From Solirubrobacteraceae bacterium (GTDB lineage Bacteria; Actinomycetota; Thermoleophilia; Solirubrobacterales; Solirubrobacteraceae), in contig DATJRS010000112.1 in assembly GCA_035504535.1 (NCBI GenBank), positions 106,631 through 170,630 on the forward strand: a stretch of 64,000 bases of DNA. Direction: 5' to 3'. The notes beneath the pieces are model-generated. The model saw only the letters and a program-made list of their open reading frames with translations. It did not search any database and was not told where the DNA came from. A program made the position numbers and the translations under genes. Below are positions 50,472-60,602 of the stretch, piece by piece. The stretch's first letter is position 1; the number at the start of each line of letters is the position of its first letter.

Positions 50472-51161
50472 ATGATCGACACGGACGCCGAGGATCGGGC
50501 GCGGCGCGCGCTTCAGTCCCCCGCCGAGCTCAAGGACGTCATCGCGGCCGAGCGGACCGGCTATCCGTTCCTCATCTGGCGGAGCGACGAGGGCGAACAG
50601 CAGCTCCTGATGCTCAGCGCGGACCGCTGGCGGGTAACGATCGGCCGTGACCCGGCCGCCGACATCCCGCTGCCGTGGGACGCCGAGGTGTCCCGCACGC
50701 ACGCCCTGCTCGAGCAGGTCGGCCGCGGCTGGACGGTGGTCGACGACGGCCTGTCGCGCAACGGCTCGTTCGTGAACGGAGCGCGGGTGACCGGGCGCCG
50801 CCGGCTCCGTGACAAGGACCGCGTGGTGTGCGGCAACACGCCGCTCACCTACCGCGAGACCTCAGGTGGGATCACCCAGACCGCCTCCGCTATCGACACG
50901 CCGGCGGCGATCCCGCTGTCGCCGATGCAGCGCAAGGTCCTGATCGCCCTGTGCCGGCCGATGCAGGATTCCGCTTCCGCGACGCCCGCGACCAACCGCC
51001 AGATCGCGGAAGAGGTCTATCTGACCGTCGACGCGGTCAAGGCGCATCTGCGCGTCCTGTTCGAGCGCTACGGGCTCAGCCAGCTTCCCCAGAACGAGAA
51101 GCGGGCGCGGCTGGTGTCGGCCGCGCTCGACTCGGGCGTGCTCGCGGCTCGCGACTTCTGA
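50472..51161 (+). CDS. FHA domain plus LuxR-like HTH regulator
   Basis: IGR, VSRTHA, SRNGSFVNG FHA motifs; TNRQIAEEVYLTVDAVKAHL HTH. Confidence 0.88.
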   Translation: MIDTDAEDRARRALQSPAELKDVIAAERTGYPFLIWRSDEGEQQLLMLSADRWRVTIGRDPAADIPLPWDAEVSRTHALLEQVGRGWTVVDDGLSRNGSFVNGARVTGRRRLRDKDRVVCGNTPLTYRETSGGITQTASAIDTPAAIPLSPMQRKVLIALCRPMQDSASATPATNRQIAEEVYLTVDAVKAHLRVLFERYGLSQLPQNEKRARLVSAALDSGVLAARDF

Positions 51162-51537
51162 GCGGCCGCGTCCGAGGTGTGACGGATACACCCTAGGGGT
51201 GATGGTCAAGGCCGCCCCGCGCTCGTAGGGTTACCGCCATGACGTGGAGCCAGCCAGAACACCGATCGGAGATCGACACGGTAGGGCAGTGGGCTGGCTT
51301 TTACGCAAGGGGGCGTGGCGCGCGGATGGGGACCGAGCGCCACACGTGGCTGGGGGCCGTTGTTGGGGGCTGTAGCGACGCGGTTGATGCCCTTCCGGAA
51401 AGGGGATACACGGTTCACGTCGTGTCTCTCCCGGAGCTTCGGGGGTTGCTCCATCCGGAAGGGCGTCACCAGTAGCCCGGCTCGCGCGGTCCTCTCCCGC
51501 GCGCCGGACCTCGTGACTCCCTCCGGGGCCCCGGCCT

Positions 51538-51576
51538 GTGGGAAGTAAGTCGGAATAATTCCGACCTTCATCCCAC
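51538..51576. repeat. REP-like palindrome family A copy 3
   Basis: GTGGGA..GTCGGAAT-A-ATTCCGAC..TTCATCCCAC. Confidence 0.55.
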
Positions 51577-51630
51577 GCGCCGCTCGCGACCGGAGCGGCA
51601 CCAAGGTCGGGTGTGCTGTGATGCAGCGCC

Positions 51631-52959
51631 ATGATCGGCGTGCGCCGGCAGACCCGGATCTACCTCGACGGCGTCAGCGGCCGGCGGCCGCCGATTCCGC
51701 TTGACGCCGACCGGCTGCAGGACGCGGCGCGCAAGCAGATGCGACCCGAGGCGTACAACTACGTCGCCGCCGGCGCGGGCAACGAGGCCACGGTCGCGGC
51801 CAACCGGGCGGCGTTTCGCCGCTGGCGGATCGTGCCGCGGATGCTGCGCGACGTGGAGCACCGCGACACGAGCGTGGAGCTGTTCGGGCAACGCCTGCCC
51901 AGCCCATTCCTGCTCGCCCCGGTCGGCGTGCTCGAGCTCGCCCACCCCGAGGCGGATTGCGCCGTTGCCCGCGCGGCGCGCGATACGGGCACCGCGATGG
52001 TGTTCTCCAACCAGGCGTCGAGGCCCATGGAGGGCTTGGCCCGGATCCTCGGCGACAGCCCCCACTGGTTCCAGCTCTACTGGAGCCGGTCAGATGAGCT
52101 CGTCGAGAGCCTGGTCGCCCGCGCGGAGCGGTGTGGCTGCCGGGCGATCGTGATCACGCTCGACACGACCATGCTCGGCTGGCGCTCGCGTGACCTCGAG
52201 GGCGCCTATCTCCCGTTCCTGCACGGCAAGGGCATCGCGCAGTACACCAGCGACCCGGTGTTCAAGCGGATCATCACGCAGCCGACGACGCCGGATCCCG
52301 AACAGTCCCAGCCACGCCCGACCCTCGCCGCGCTCCGCACCCTGATCGAGCTCACGCGCGCCTACCCGGACAGCTTCTGGCGCACGCTGGTCTCCGGGCA
52401 GGGCCGCGCGGCGGTGCAGCGCTTCACCGAGATCTACTCGCGCCCGTCCCTGACGTGGGAGACGCTGGCCTTCCTGCGCGAGCGGACCGACCTGCCGATC
52501 GTGCTCAAGGGGATCCTGCACCCCGACGACGCCGCCCGCGCCGTGGCCGAGGGCATGAGCGGCGTGATCGTCTCCAACCACGGCGGCCGGCAGGTGGACG
52601 GCGCGATCGCGACCCTCGACGCCCTGCCGGCGGTGGTCGAGGCCGTCGACGGGCGCATCCCGGTGCTCCTCGACTCGGGCGTACGCGGCGGCGCCGACAT
52701 CTTCAAGGCGCTCGCGCTCGGCGCCCGCGCCGTGCTCATCGGCCGCCCGTACGCCTACGCGCTGGCGATCGCCGGCCGGGCCGGCGTGCGCGACCTGCTC
52801 CTCAACCTGGCGGCCGACTTCGACCTTACGATGGGACTCGCCGGCTGCCGCTCGGTCGCGGAGATCGGGCTAGAGGCGGTCGTGCCGGAGGCGGTCGTGC
52901 CGGCGGCGGTCGTGCCGGCGGCGGCGCTCAGTCCGGACGGGTCGTCCGTCGAGCCGTAG
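51631..52959 (+). CDS. FMN-dependent alpha-hydroxy acid oxidase (lactate 2-monooxygenase-like)
   Basis: WFQLYW, LKGILH, SNHGGRQVDG, DSGVRGG, GRPY. Confidence 0.92.
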   Translation: MIGVRRQTRIYLDGVSGRRPPIPLDADRLQDAARKQMRPEAYNYVAAGAGNEATVAANRAAFRRWRIVPRMLRDVEHRDTSVELFGQRLPSPFLLAPVGVLELAHPEADCAVARAARDTGTAMVFSNQASRPMEGLARILGDSPHWFQLYWSRSDELVESLVARAERCGCRAIVITLDTTMLGWRSRDLEGAYLPFLHGKGIAQYTSDPVFKRIITQPTTPDPEQSQPRPTLAALRTLIELTRAYPDSFWRTLVSGQGRAAVQRFTEIYSRPSLTWETLAFLRERTDLPIVLKGILHPDDAARAVAEGMSGVIVSNHGGRQVDGAIATLDALPAVVEAVDGRIPVLLDSGVRGGADIFKALALGARAVLIGRPYAYALAIAGRAGVRDLLLNLAADFDLTMGLAGCRSVAEIGLEAVVPEAVVPAAVVPAAALSPDGSSVEP

Positions 52960-54514
52960 CGAGCAGCCCGCCGGCCACAGCCGCGATGAGCGCGACGGCG
53001 ATGGCGCCGGCACCGAGCAGCGAGCGGTGGTGGGCCACCGCATGCCCGACGATCGTGAGCCCGCCGCCGAGCGTTATCAGGGTGAGGATCAGCCACGGCG
53101 CAAGCCAGAGCGGGACCAGTACCGCCGCCGGACTCGTCGGATCCACCCCGAGCAGCCGGATCAGCAGGCCTTCGTCGACGCGCCCGCCCCGGCGCGCGGC
53201 GAGCGCGGCGGCAAGCACCGCGACCGCGACGACCGGGATCGCCAGGCTGGGGATGAGGATCAACGCACCGGGGCCGGCGATGCCGAACGCGACGCTGACG
53301 AGAACCGTGCCGGCGATGATGGCGAAGAGAGTCAGCGCCGGCAGGAGACAGTGGGCCACGAGCACACGCGCGAATGTCCAGGAGAGCAGGATCGCGCTGC
53401 GGTCGGGATCGTCGATGTCGACCCGGAGCGGCTCGCACAGCAGGCTCGCCGCGAAGTACAGCCCGACGGCCGCCAGTCCGGCCGGGAGCAGCTGACCGGG
53501 ATGGGTCAATGCCTCAATCACAGCGCCCGCGCCCAGGAGCGTCGCCCACCCCACCCGGGACCGATCCCGCAGAAGCCCGAGCGCGTCCCGCCAGAGGATG
53601 GCGCGCCGGGGCCGGACGGGCGGGCTGACGCGAACACGTGCACCGAGCCTGCGGGGCTGCGCCGCCCGGTAGCTCACCCCCGCGGCACGGTAGTTCAGCG
53701 TCCACGCCGACGCCGTCAACGCCGACCGCGTCCCGGCGCGAACCGCGAACATCTCGATGCTCGAGGCTCCGGCCCGGCTGAGCGCCCACACCACGATGGC
53801 CGCGGAGCTGACCACGAGCAGTCCGAGGGCCGCCGGCCACCCGGCGCCGCCGGTGAGCGGGGCGATCGCCCAACCCCATGGTCCGGACCACACGCCGGCC
53901 GAGCGGCTGATCGTCGCGCCCACGGCGACCAGGCCGCCGGCCACGAGCAGCACCGCCGGTGAGAGTTGGCGAACACGCGCGGCCGCGCTTCGCGAGGACT
54001 GCACCAGCCAACTGACGGCCACGCACAGCGTGGCCAGGCTCACCAGGCCGAGCACCGCGGCCGCCGACCTGGCCGTCCCCAGCCCGGCAGGCCCGCCGAT
54101 GACCACGAGGATCGCGAGCCCGCCGATGGCGGCGCCCACGAGCGCCCCCACGATCAGGCTGTGCTCGAGCTTCGGGCGCACCAGGTCCGAGGTGGCGATC
54201 GGCGCCATCAGTATCAGCCCGAGGTCGGCCGCCGTGAACGAGACCGGCCCCTGCCAGCTGCCAAACCGCGCGGCCGCGAGCACGACGACGAGCAGTACCG
54301 CCGGGCCGAGCACGAGCAGGCCATGGACGCCGATGCCGCCGGCGATCAGGCTGGCGATCGCGCCGCGAACGAACACGCCGAGGATTGCCCCGCCCAGTAC
54401 GCCGGCGTACACCTGATACGCGCTCGGCCGGAACCGCCGCCGATGCGCGCGCATGAACGCCCTGCTCGCGTCCGCGCGTCGCTGTGAGTCGATCGACGGC
54501 CCGGTCATGGTCAC
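52928..54514 (-). CDS. Multi-pass membrane protein, probable ABC exporter permease (DUF6297-like)
   Basis: Many TM helices, WQGPV, GPWGW, LWRD; coupled to ATPase. Confidence 0.75.
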   Translation of the reverse strand: MTMTGPSIDSQRRADASRAFMRAHRRRFRPSAYQVYAGVLGGAILGVFVRGAIASLIAGGIGVHGLLVLGPAVLLVVVLAAARFGSWQGPVSFTAADLGLILMAPIATSDLVRPKLEHSLIVGALVGAAIGGLAILVVIGGPAGLGTARSAAAVLGLVSLATLCVAVSWLVQSSRSAAARVRQLSPAVLLVAGGLVAVGATISRSAGVWSGPWGWAIAPLTGGAGWPAALGLLVVSSAAIVVWALSRAGASSIEMFAVRAGTRSALTASAWTLNYRAAGVSYRAAQPRRLGARVRVSPPVRPRRAILWRDALGLLRDRSRVGWATLLGAGAVIEALTHPGQLLPAGLAAVGLYFAASLLCEPLRVDIDDPDRSAILLSWTFARVLVAHCLLPALTLFAIIAGTVLVSVAFGIAGPGALILIPSLAIPVVAVAVLAAALAARRGGRVDEGLLIRLLGVDPTSPAAVLVPLWLAPWLILTLITLGGGLTIVGHAVAHHRSLLGAGAIAVALIAAVAGGLLATARRTTRPD

Positions 54515-55227
54515 GCGAGCCCGTACTGCTCGATCACCGGGCCGTCCACGACCTCCTCGTAGGGCCCGGCGGCGACGACGGCGCCGTCCGAGAGCACGAT
54601 CGCGCGGTCCGCGACCCCGCGTGCGAACTCGAGCTGGTGCGTGGTCAGGAGCACCGCCCGGCCGGCCTGCTTGGCCTCGATCAGGAACTCACGCAACGTC
54701 CGCTGCGAGGCCGGATCCAACCCCACCACGGGCTCGTCGAGCACCAGCAGCTCCCAGGGGCGGATCAGCGCGCACGCGAGCTGCAGCTTCTGGCGCATCC
54801 CCCGCGACAGCGTGCCCGGCATCGCGTCGGCCTTCTCCAGCAGCCCGAGACCTGCGAGCAGTTCCTCGATCCGGTCCTCCAGGTCGGGATCGGCCACGTC
54901 GTGGGCCACGGCGACGAGCTGCAGGTGCTCGCGGACGGTCAGGTCGTCGTACAGCGAGGGGGTGTCGGGTACCAGAGCGAGCGCCGCACGGGCGTCGATC
55001 GCGGCGGGCTCCTCGTGGACCGGCGCCCCGTCGAGGAGCACCGAGCCGGACGACGGATCGAGCAGGCCGGCGATCATCCGCACCGCGGTCGTCTTGCCCG
55101 AGCCGTTGTGGCCGATGACCGCCACGCACTCGCCCGGGCGGATCCGCAGATCGAAATCGTGCAGAGCCGCGAGCTCGCCGTAGCGCCGCCCCAGTCCGGA
55201 GACGTCGAGAACCGGGGCTTCGCTCAT
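54511..55227 (-). CDS. ABC transporter ATP-binding protein
   Basis: GHNGSGKT, LSRGMRQK, LDEP. Confidence 0.92.
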   Translation of the reverse strand: MSEAPVLDVSGLGRRYGELAALHDFDLRIRPGECVAVIGHNGSGKTTAVRMIAGLLDPSSGSVLLDGAPVHEEPAAIDARAALALVPDTPSLYDDLTVREHLQLVAVAHDVADPDLEDRIEELLAGLGLLEKADAMPGTLSRGMRQKLQLACALIRPWELLVLDEPVVGLDPASQRTLREFLIEAKQAGRAVLLTTHQLEFARGVADRAIVLSDGAVVAAGPYEEVVDGPVIEQYGLA

Positions 55228-55329
55228 CGGACACGAAGATACGCGTCAGCGGGCGAGGGTCAAGGGGGACTTCCCCCCGCCGGGCAACTGTGCAAGGTTC
55301 CTGGGATGGAACTTCGCCTTCGCCCGTTC

Positions 55330-55541
55330 AGGATCGCCGCTATCGACGTCGCGGCTTCGCCACCGAGATCCACCGGCAGTCGCTGATCGTCACCCCCGCC
55401 GAAGGCATCGATGCGGTACTCGTGACCTGCGACATCGACAACCTGGCGTCGGCCGCGATCATCGAGCGGTTGGGGGGCGTGATGGATGACGTCCGGGACG
55501 ATCCCGAGGGCCCACCCAAGCGCCGGTACTGGATCCGTTAG
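55330..55541 (+). pseudogene. Remnant C-terminal part of a GNAT acetyltransferase
   Basis: YRRRGFATE...VLVTCDIDNLASAAIIERLGG...KRRYWI; N-terminal half absent. Confidence 0.6.
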
Positions 55542-56023
55542 GTGTGGGCGCCCACGCCCGCGACGGGCCGGCCTTCTTCGAGGTAGACGCAGTGCTCCGC
55601 GGCGACGCCGGCTGACACGCGGCGACGGAGGGGTCCGCTGAGCAGCGCGACCGCTTCGCTGAGCTCGGCAAACCGGTGATCTTCGATCTCTTCCTCTTGC
55701 AACCTGATCGCGGCCAGCTGCTCGGGGTCGAACGCACCACAGTCGAACAGGAATCGAACCCCTCCGGGCCGATCCGGCTTGGGCCGAAGAAAGTCCACGC
55801 AGACGAGCCGGCCGCTCGTGACCTCCAGCCCGCACTCCTCCCGTGTCTCACGCTGACACGCCTCCCACGGCGACTCCCCACCGGGATCGATCTGGCCACC
55901 GGGGATCGTCCAGCCCTTCTTGTAGTTCGGTTTCAGAACCAACAGTCGCCCGTCGCGGTCGAAGATCATGGCGCCCGCCGAAGCTGGAATTCGCGGGAGC
56001 TCATATTGAGGCAGTGGCGTCAG
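55538..56023 (-). CDS. Nudix hydrolase
   Basis: PGG...GESPWEACQRETREECGL Nudix box; start uncertain (CTG 56023 or ATG 55969). Confidence 0.87.
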   Translation of the reverse strand: MTPLPQYELPRIPASAGAMIFDRDGRLLVLKPNYKKGWTIPGGQIDPGGESPWEACQRETREECGLEVTSGRLVCVDFLRPKPDRPGGVRFLFDCGAFDPEQLAAIRLQEEEIEDHRFAELSEAVALLSGPLRRRVSAGVAAEHCVYLEEGRPVAGVGAHT

Positions 56024-56039
56024 CTGGGACCGCCGAGAA

Positions 56040-56570
56040 CTAGGGAGCCTCGTACCACGCGTCGATGATCGCGCGGCCGAGCGTGTGCGAGAACAGGTTG
56101 AAACCGAGGAACGCGGGCGAGACGTCCTGACCGAGCCCCAGCGACTCGACGTCGACGGCGTGAACGACGAAGTAGTAGTGGTGGCGACCGTGCCCCGACG
56201 GCGGGGCCGCGCCCACGTAATGCCTGACCCCGGCGTCATTGCGCAGCTGAAACGCCCCGGAAGGCAGGCCGCTCCCCTGCTCGTCGCCTGCGCCGCGCGC
56301 CAGCTCGGTCACGCCCGCCGGGATGTCGACGACCGCCCAGTGCCAGAAGCCGCTGGCGGTCGGCGCCTCGGGGTCGTAGCAGGTGACCGCGAAGCTCTTG
56401 GTGGCGTCCGGGAATCCACTCCAGGAGAGCTGTGGCGATACGTCCTCGCCGCCGGCGCCGAATATTCCGCTCACCTGCGGTGTGTCGAGCTTCTCTCCCT
56501 CCTGTACGTCGTCGCTGGTCAGCTCAAACGACTCGACCTGGGGCAGTTGGTCGTAGGGATTATCGGCCAC
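56040..56570 (-). CDS. YbhB/YbcL (PEBP/Raf kinase inhibitor-like) protein
   Basis: [33 protein letters not shown]. Confidence 0.92.
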   Translation of the reverse strand: MADNPYDQLPQVESFELTSDDVQEGEKLDTPQVSGIFGAGGEDVSPQLSWSGFPDATKSFAVTCYDPEAPTASGFWHWAVVDIPAGVTELARGAGDEQGSGLPSGAFQLRNDAGVRHYVGAAPPSGHGRHHYYFVVHAVDVESLGLGQDVSPAFLGFNLFSHTLGRAIIDAWYEAP

Positions 56571-56640
56571 GATGCGCGTCTCGCTTTCTGTCCACGGGTG
56601 GCTGGGCTGCTGCGAGCCGATCCTAACGGCCTCCCCTCGC

Positions 56641-58815
56641 TCATCGAAGCTCCACTCCGTTGACCAGCAGGTCCTCGAAGGTCGCGGTGGTCTCCCACGT
56701 GTCGAGCCCCGACGCGTGGAATTCGCCGACGTCCTGCGCGCTGCTCGCAACCGACGGCGCCACCGTCACGGTGTCGACGGTCCTCCAGGTCGCGCCCCGA
56801 TCGGTCGAGTAGTAGCCGGTGTACGTGTCGCCGCTGCGCACGAGTCGCAGCGTCACCGGCGGTGGCGCGTACGCGCCCGGAACCTCGAGCCAGGTGTCGA
56901 CGTCGGGCCCCCCGGACGCGTTCCAAACCATGTTGATCGTGTTGTTGCCGCCCACGAACAGGGCGACCGCTGGACCCGATCCGGCCGGCGCCGTCATCTG
57001 GTCGCGCTGGATCAGGCCGGCGCCACCGGCGCTTCCGCCCGCCTGGTCCGAGGTGACCGTGACCTGGGCGCTCGAGGACGGACCGGCCGCGCCGGGCTCG
57101 TATACCGCGGCGTAGGAGTCGACCGGCGCCTGCGCGTCGAACGCTGAGAGAACGCCCAACCCGCTCGCGCTGATGGCCTCCGAGCCGTCCGAGGCTCCGA
57201 ACGAGGCGCCCAGACCAGTGGTATCGGCGGTCGTGAACGGCGCGGCCACCGGCACCGAGACGATCTCGCCGAAGTTGGCGAACGATTCGCTGAGGCCGGC
57301 GACCGGGTCATACGATGCCGACCCCGCCAGCATCCCAAGCCCGAGCGGCGGCCCGGTGGCGGGCGCGGTGACGAGGTACTCGACGGTGAACCGGCGCCCG
57401 GCGGCCAAGTGGGCATGGCGAGCGCGCCCGAGCCGCTTCACGCGCCATCCGCTGGGCGCGAACAACGACAGCGTCAAACGCTTGACCGAGACCGTGCCCT
57501 GGTTGGCGAACGTCTCGCTCACGGTCGTGGTAGCCCCGGCCTGGATCTGGCTCGGGCTCGCCGCCAATGACAGCACCGTGTGCGGCGCCAGGGGCGCGAG
57601 ATCCCGGCGGGCCTGCGGGGCGACCCGGAACATCGCCACGCCGTGCGCGGGCACGAACGCGCTGATCTGACCGGCGGTCTCGCTGACCGCGTCGCTCCAC
57701 AGATTGAACAGGCTGTAGCCACGCGCCCTGCGCAGCCCTGCGGCCCGCGCGCTCGTCGTGATCGTCGCCGCGGTGTTGGTCGAGTTGAACAGGAGCAGGG
57801 AACGCTCACCGTCCGACAGCGGCTTGGTGAGGACCCACAGGCCGCCGGCGCTGGAGATCGGCACCCCTTGCCGTCCCAGCGGATCCTGGTCGACCGCGAT
57901 CACGTCCTCGTTCTCGTAGACGGCCAGCGCCGCGGGGGAGAGATCCGCCAGGTTGGTGCTGGCGATCAGCGGCGCCGACATCTCGGCCCACAGGCTGAAC
58001 TCGGTCTGGTACTCGGTCGGGGTGCTGCCGCCGTTACCGATCTGGAGCAGGTCGGGATCGTTCCATCCCCCCGGGCCGGCGCTCTTGTAAAGATCGACCG
58101 TGCCCTCGAAGTTGGCCAGCATCGAGCCGTAGTTGTCCTCGATGTCGGGGGTGGTCCGCCACACGTTGGCTACGGGCGGGCCCCACGTCCAGGCGTCGAC
58201 GCCCGGGTTCGGGTCGCACGCCGCGAACACGATCGGGCGCCCGGTCGCCCGGAGTGCGCTGCTCATGCGAGTGAACAGGGTCTGGTCCACCTGCTGCTGG
58301 GACAAACCGGGGAAGTCGCCGTACGGGATGTTGCAGCGGTCGTACTTCACATAGTCGACGCCCCACGATGCGAAGGTCGCCGCGTCCTGGGCCTCGTGGC
58401 CGAAGCTGCCGGGCAGGCCCGCGCACGTCGCGGTGCCCGCGTCCTCGTAGATGCCGAGCTTGAGCCCGAGGCTGTGGACGTAGGCCGCGACCGGCGCGAT
58501 GCCGTTCGGGAAGCGGCTCGGATCGGCGACGAGGTTCCCGGCGCTGTCGCGGTAGGGCGCCATCCAGCAGTCGTCGATGTTGACGTACCGGTAGCCGGCC
58601 GCGGCCATCCCGTTGTCGATCATCTCGCGTGCTGTCTGCTCGACCGACTGCGCGCTCACTCCGCAGTACTCCGAGTACCAGTCGTTCCACCCCATCGGAG
58701 GCGTGAGCGCGACCCCATTGCCCTCGGCCAGCGCGCTCGGGGCGAGCACGGCTAGCCACACGGCGCACAGGAGGGCGGCCACGAGCCAGACATGCCGGCG
58801 AAGCCGGGTCTGCAT
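56641..58815 (-). CDS. Secreted GH27 alpha-galactosidase-like enzyme with NEW3 and C-terminal beta-sandwich domains
   Basis: Signal peptide; [43 protein letters not shown]. Confidence 0.92.
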   Translation of the reverse strand: MQTRLRRHVWLVAALLCAVWLAVLAPSALAEGNGVALTPPMGWNDWYSEYCGVSAQSVEQTAREMIDNGMAAAGYRYVNIDDCWMAPYRDSAGNLVADPSRFPNGIAPVAAYVHSLGLKLGIYEDAGTATCAGLPGSFGHEAQDAATFASWGVDYVKYDRCNIPYGDFPGLSQQQVDQTLFTRMSSALRATGRPIVFAACDPNPGVDAWTWGPPVANVWRTTPDIEDNYGSMLANFEGTVDLYKSAGPGGWNDPDLLQIGNGGSTPTEYQTEFSLWAEMSAPLIASTNLADLSPAALAVYENEDVIAVDQDPLGRQGVPISSAGGLWVLTKPLSDGERSLLLFNSTNTAATITTSARAAGLRRARGYSLFNLWSDAVSETAGQISAFVPAHGVAMFRVAPQARRDLAPLAPHTVLSLAASPSQIQAGATTTVSETFANQGTVSVKRLTLSLFAPSGWRVKRLGRARHAHLAAGRRFTVEYLVTAPATGPPLGLGMLAGSASYDPVAGLSESFANFGEIVSVPVAAPFTTADTTGLGASFGASDGSEAISASGLGVLSAFDAQAPVDSYAAVYEPGAAGPSSSAQVTVTSDQAGGSAGGAGLIQRDQMTAPAGSGPAVALFVGGNNTINMVWNASGGPDVDTWLEVPGAYAPPPVTLRLVRSGDTYTGYYSTDRGATWRTVDTVTVAPSVASSAQDVGEFHASGLDTWETTATFEDLLVNGVELR

Positions 58816-58839
58816 ACGCTGCCGGGCGTGCGTTTCTCC

Positions 58840-59058
58840 GCCCAACTTGAACTCGCTCGTCAAAACGTCGCCTGGGCCGTGGAACGGGCCCAGGTGCAGG
58901 GTGCCAGCATCATGATCGAGGCCGTCAACACTTTCGGGAATGGACCCTATCTACTCGATACGACGGCGAAATCCGTGAAATTCCTGGACGCTGTCCGCGC
59001 CGACAACGTCCCGCTTCAGTACGACGTGTATCACATGCGGCGCCTGGGGCCCGAGTAG
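58840..59058 (+). pseudogene. Internal fragment of hydroxypyruvate isomerase (Hyi)-like gene
   Basis: QNVAWA...MIEAVNT...PYLL...NVPLQYDVYHM; no N- or C-terminal parts. Confidence 0.62.
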
Positions 59059-59199
59059 AACCCCTCAACCCGACGACCGAGGAAAGCCTCGGATGGACTA
59101 CTGCTCGATGAACTTGAGCAGCCTCGGCGCAGGAGATCTAGCGCGGTATTACCTGCCGGGTAATCGACACGCCCAGGCGCGGTTGTCACGCTGCCTCGC

Positions 59200-59574
59200 A
59201 TGAGCGATATCAACACAACCATCGAGAAGTTCGTCAGTAGCTGGAACGAGCCGGATGCGGCGGCCCGCCGCCAGATCATCAACGACGTCTGGTCAGAGGA
59301 CGGCGTCTATCGCAACGCCAGGGCCGAGTACCCTGGCCGGGACGGCATCGAGCGAGCCGTCACCGAGGCCTACGACGCGTTCACGTCGAACGGCTTCGTG
59401 TTCCGGCTGGCCAGCGTCGACACCAACCACGATGCGGTGCGCTACCGCTGGGAGATGGTGCCGACGGCGGGCGGAGAGCCGGACTCGATCGGCACCCACG
59501 TCGCCATGCTCGGCGCCGACGGCCGGGTCGTGAGCGATCACCAGTTCATCGACAAGCCACCGTCGGGGAGGTAG
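59200..59574 (+). CDS. SnoaL/NTF2-like protein
   Basis: WNEPDAAARR, WSEDGVY, GRDGI, RYRW, DGRVVSDHQF. Confidence 0.85.
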   Translation: MSDINTTIEKFVSSWNEPDAAARRQIINDVWSEDGVYRNARAEYPGRDGIERAVTEAYDAFTSNGFVFRLASVDTNHDAVRYRWEMVPTAGGEPDSIGTHVAMLGADGRVVSDHQFIDKPPSGR

Positions 59575-59630
59575 CGGTAGCGGGCCGCGAGGCCGAAGGC
59601 CTCGTCGGTACGGCCCGCGGAATCAGTCAA

Positions 59631-60602
59631 TTAGTCCCAGGCGGCGGGGTTCTTGGTGCTGGCGGGCAGCCGTCCGGCCAGAAGCTCACGCAGGTTGGCC
59701 AGCACCGCCGCGCCCATTCGTCCCACTCCGAGGTCGGTGAACGAGGACACGTGCCCGCTGAGGATCGTGTTCGGCGCCGACAGGATCGGATCGTCCGGCG
59801 CCGGTGGCTCGTGTTCGAACACGTCGAGCCCGGCGCCGGCGATCTGACCCGATTTGAGCGCCGATACCAGCGCCGCCTGGTCGATCAGATCGCCGCGCGC
59901 CGTGTTGACCACGATCGCATGGCGCGGGAGCCGCTCGAACTCGCGAGCGCCGATCAATCCGCGGGTGTCGGGCGTCAGCGGCGCGTGCAGGGTGAGCACG
60001 TCGGCCTGGGGGAGCATCGTGTCCAAATCGACCAGCTCGACCTGGTGCTGGGCGACGAAGTCGGCATCGGGGTTGGGCTCGAGCCCGAGCACCCGGCAGC
60101 CGAAGCCGCGCAGGCGCCGCACCACCGCCTGTCCGATCGCGCCCAGGCCGACCACCCCGACGGCGGCGTCGGCCAGATCGCGGGTCGGCCCAGCCGCGCG
60201 CCACTTCCCGGAGCGGACCGCCGCGTCAAGTCCGGGCAGGCCACGAATGCACGCGAGCGTCAGCGTGAGCGCCATGTCCGCCACCGCCTCGGCGTTGACC
60301 CCCGGCGTGGTGAGGACCACGACCCCCGCCTCGGTCGCGGCGTCGATGTCGATCGCGTCCGAGCCGGTGCCAAAGCGCAGGATCGCCTTCAGGTCGGGCG
60401 CCGCACTGAACACCTCGCGGGTGTAGGGCTCGCTGCCGGCGACCACCGCCCACGCCCCGGCCAGTCCCTTCGCCACCACCTCTGGGTCGCGGGTCTGCGA
60501 TAGCTCGTAGCGCTCGACGACGCCGATCTCGGGGATGCGCTCGAGGTCGGCTCGGATGCGCTCGGCGAGCGCGATGGCGAGGACTACCGTCCGGCCGCTC
60601 AG
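59631..60602 (-). CDS. D-2-hydroxyacid dehydrogenase (SerA-like)
   Basis: GLGAIG, LHAPLT, VNTARG, AGLDVFEHEP, SGH; start uncertain. Confidence 0.9.
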   Translation of the reverse strand: MSGRTVVLAIALAERIRADLERIPEIGVVERYELSQTRDPEVVAKGLAGAWAVVAGSEPYTREVFSAAPDLKAILRFGTGSDAIDIDAATEAGVVVLTTPGVNAEAVADMALTLTLACIRGLPGLDAAVRSGKWRAAGPTRDLADAAVGVVGLGAIGQAVVRRLRGFGCRVLGLEPNPDADFVAQHQVELVDLDTMLPQADVLTLHAPLTPDTRGLIGAREFERLPRHAIVVNTARGDLIDQAALVSALKSGQIAGAGLDVFEHEPPAPDDPILSAPNTILSGHVSSFTDLGVGRMGAAVLANLRELLAGRLPASTKNPAAWD

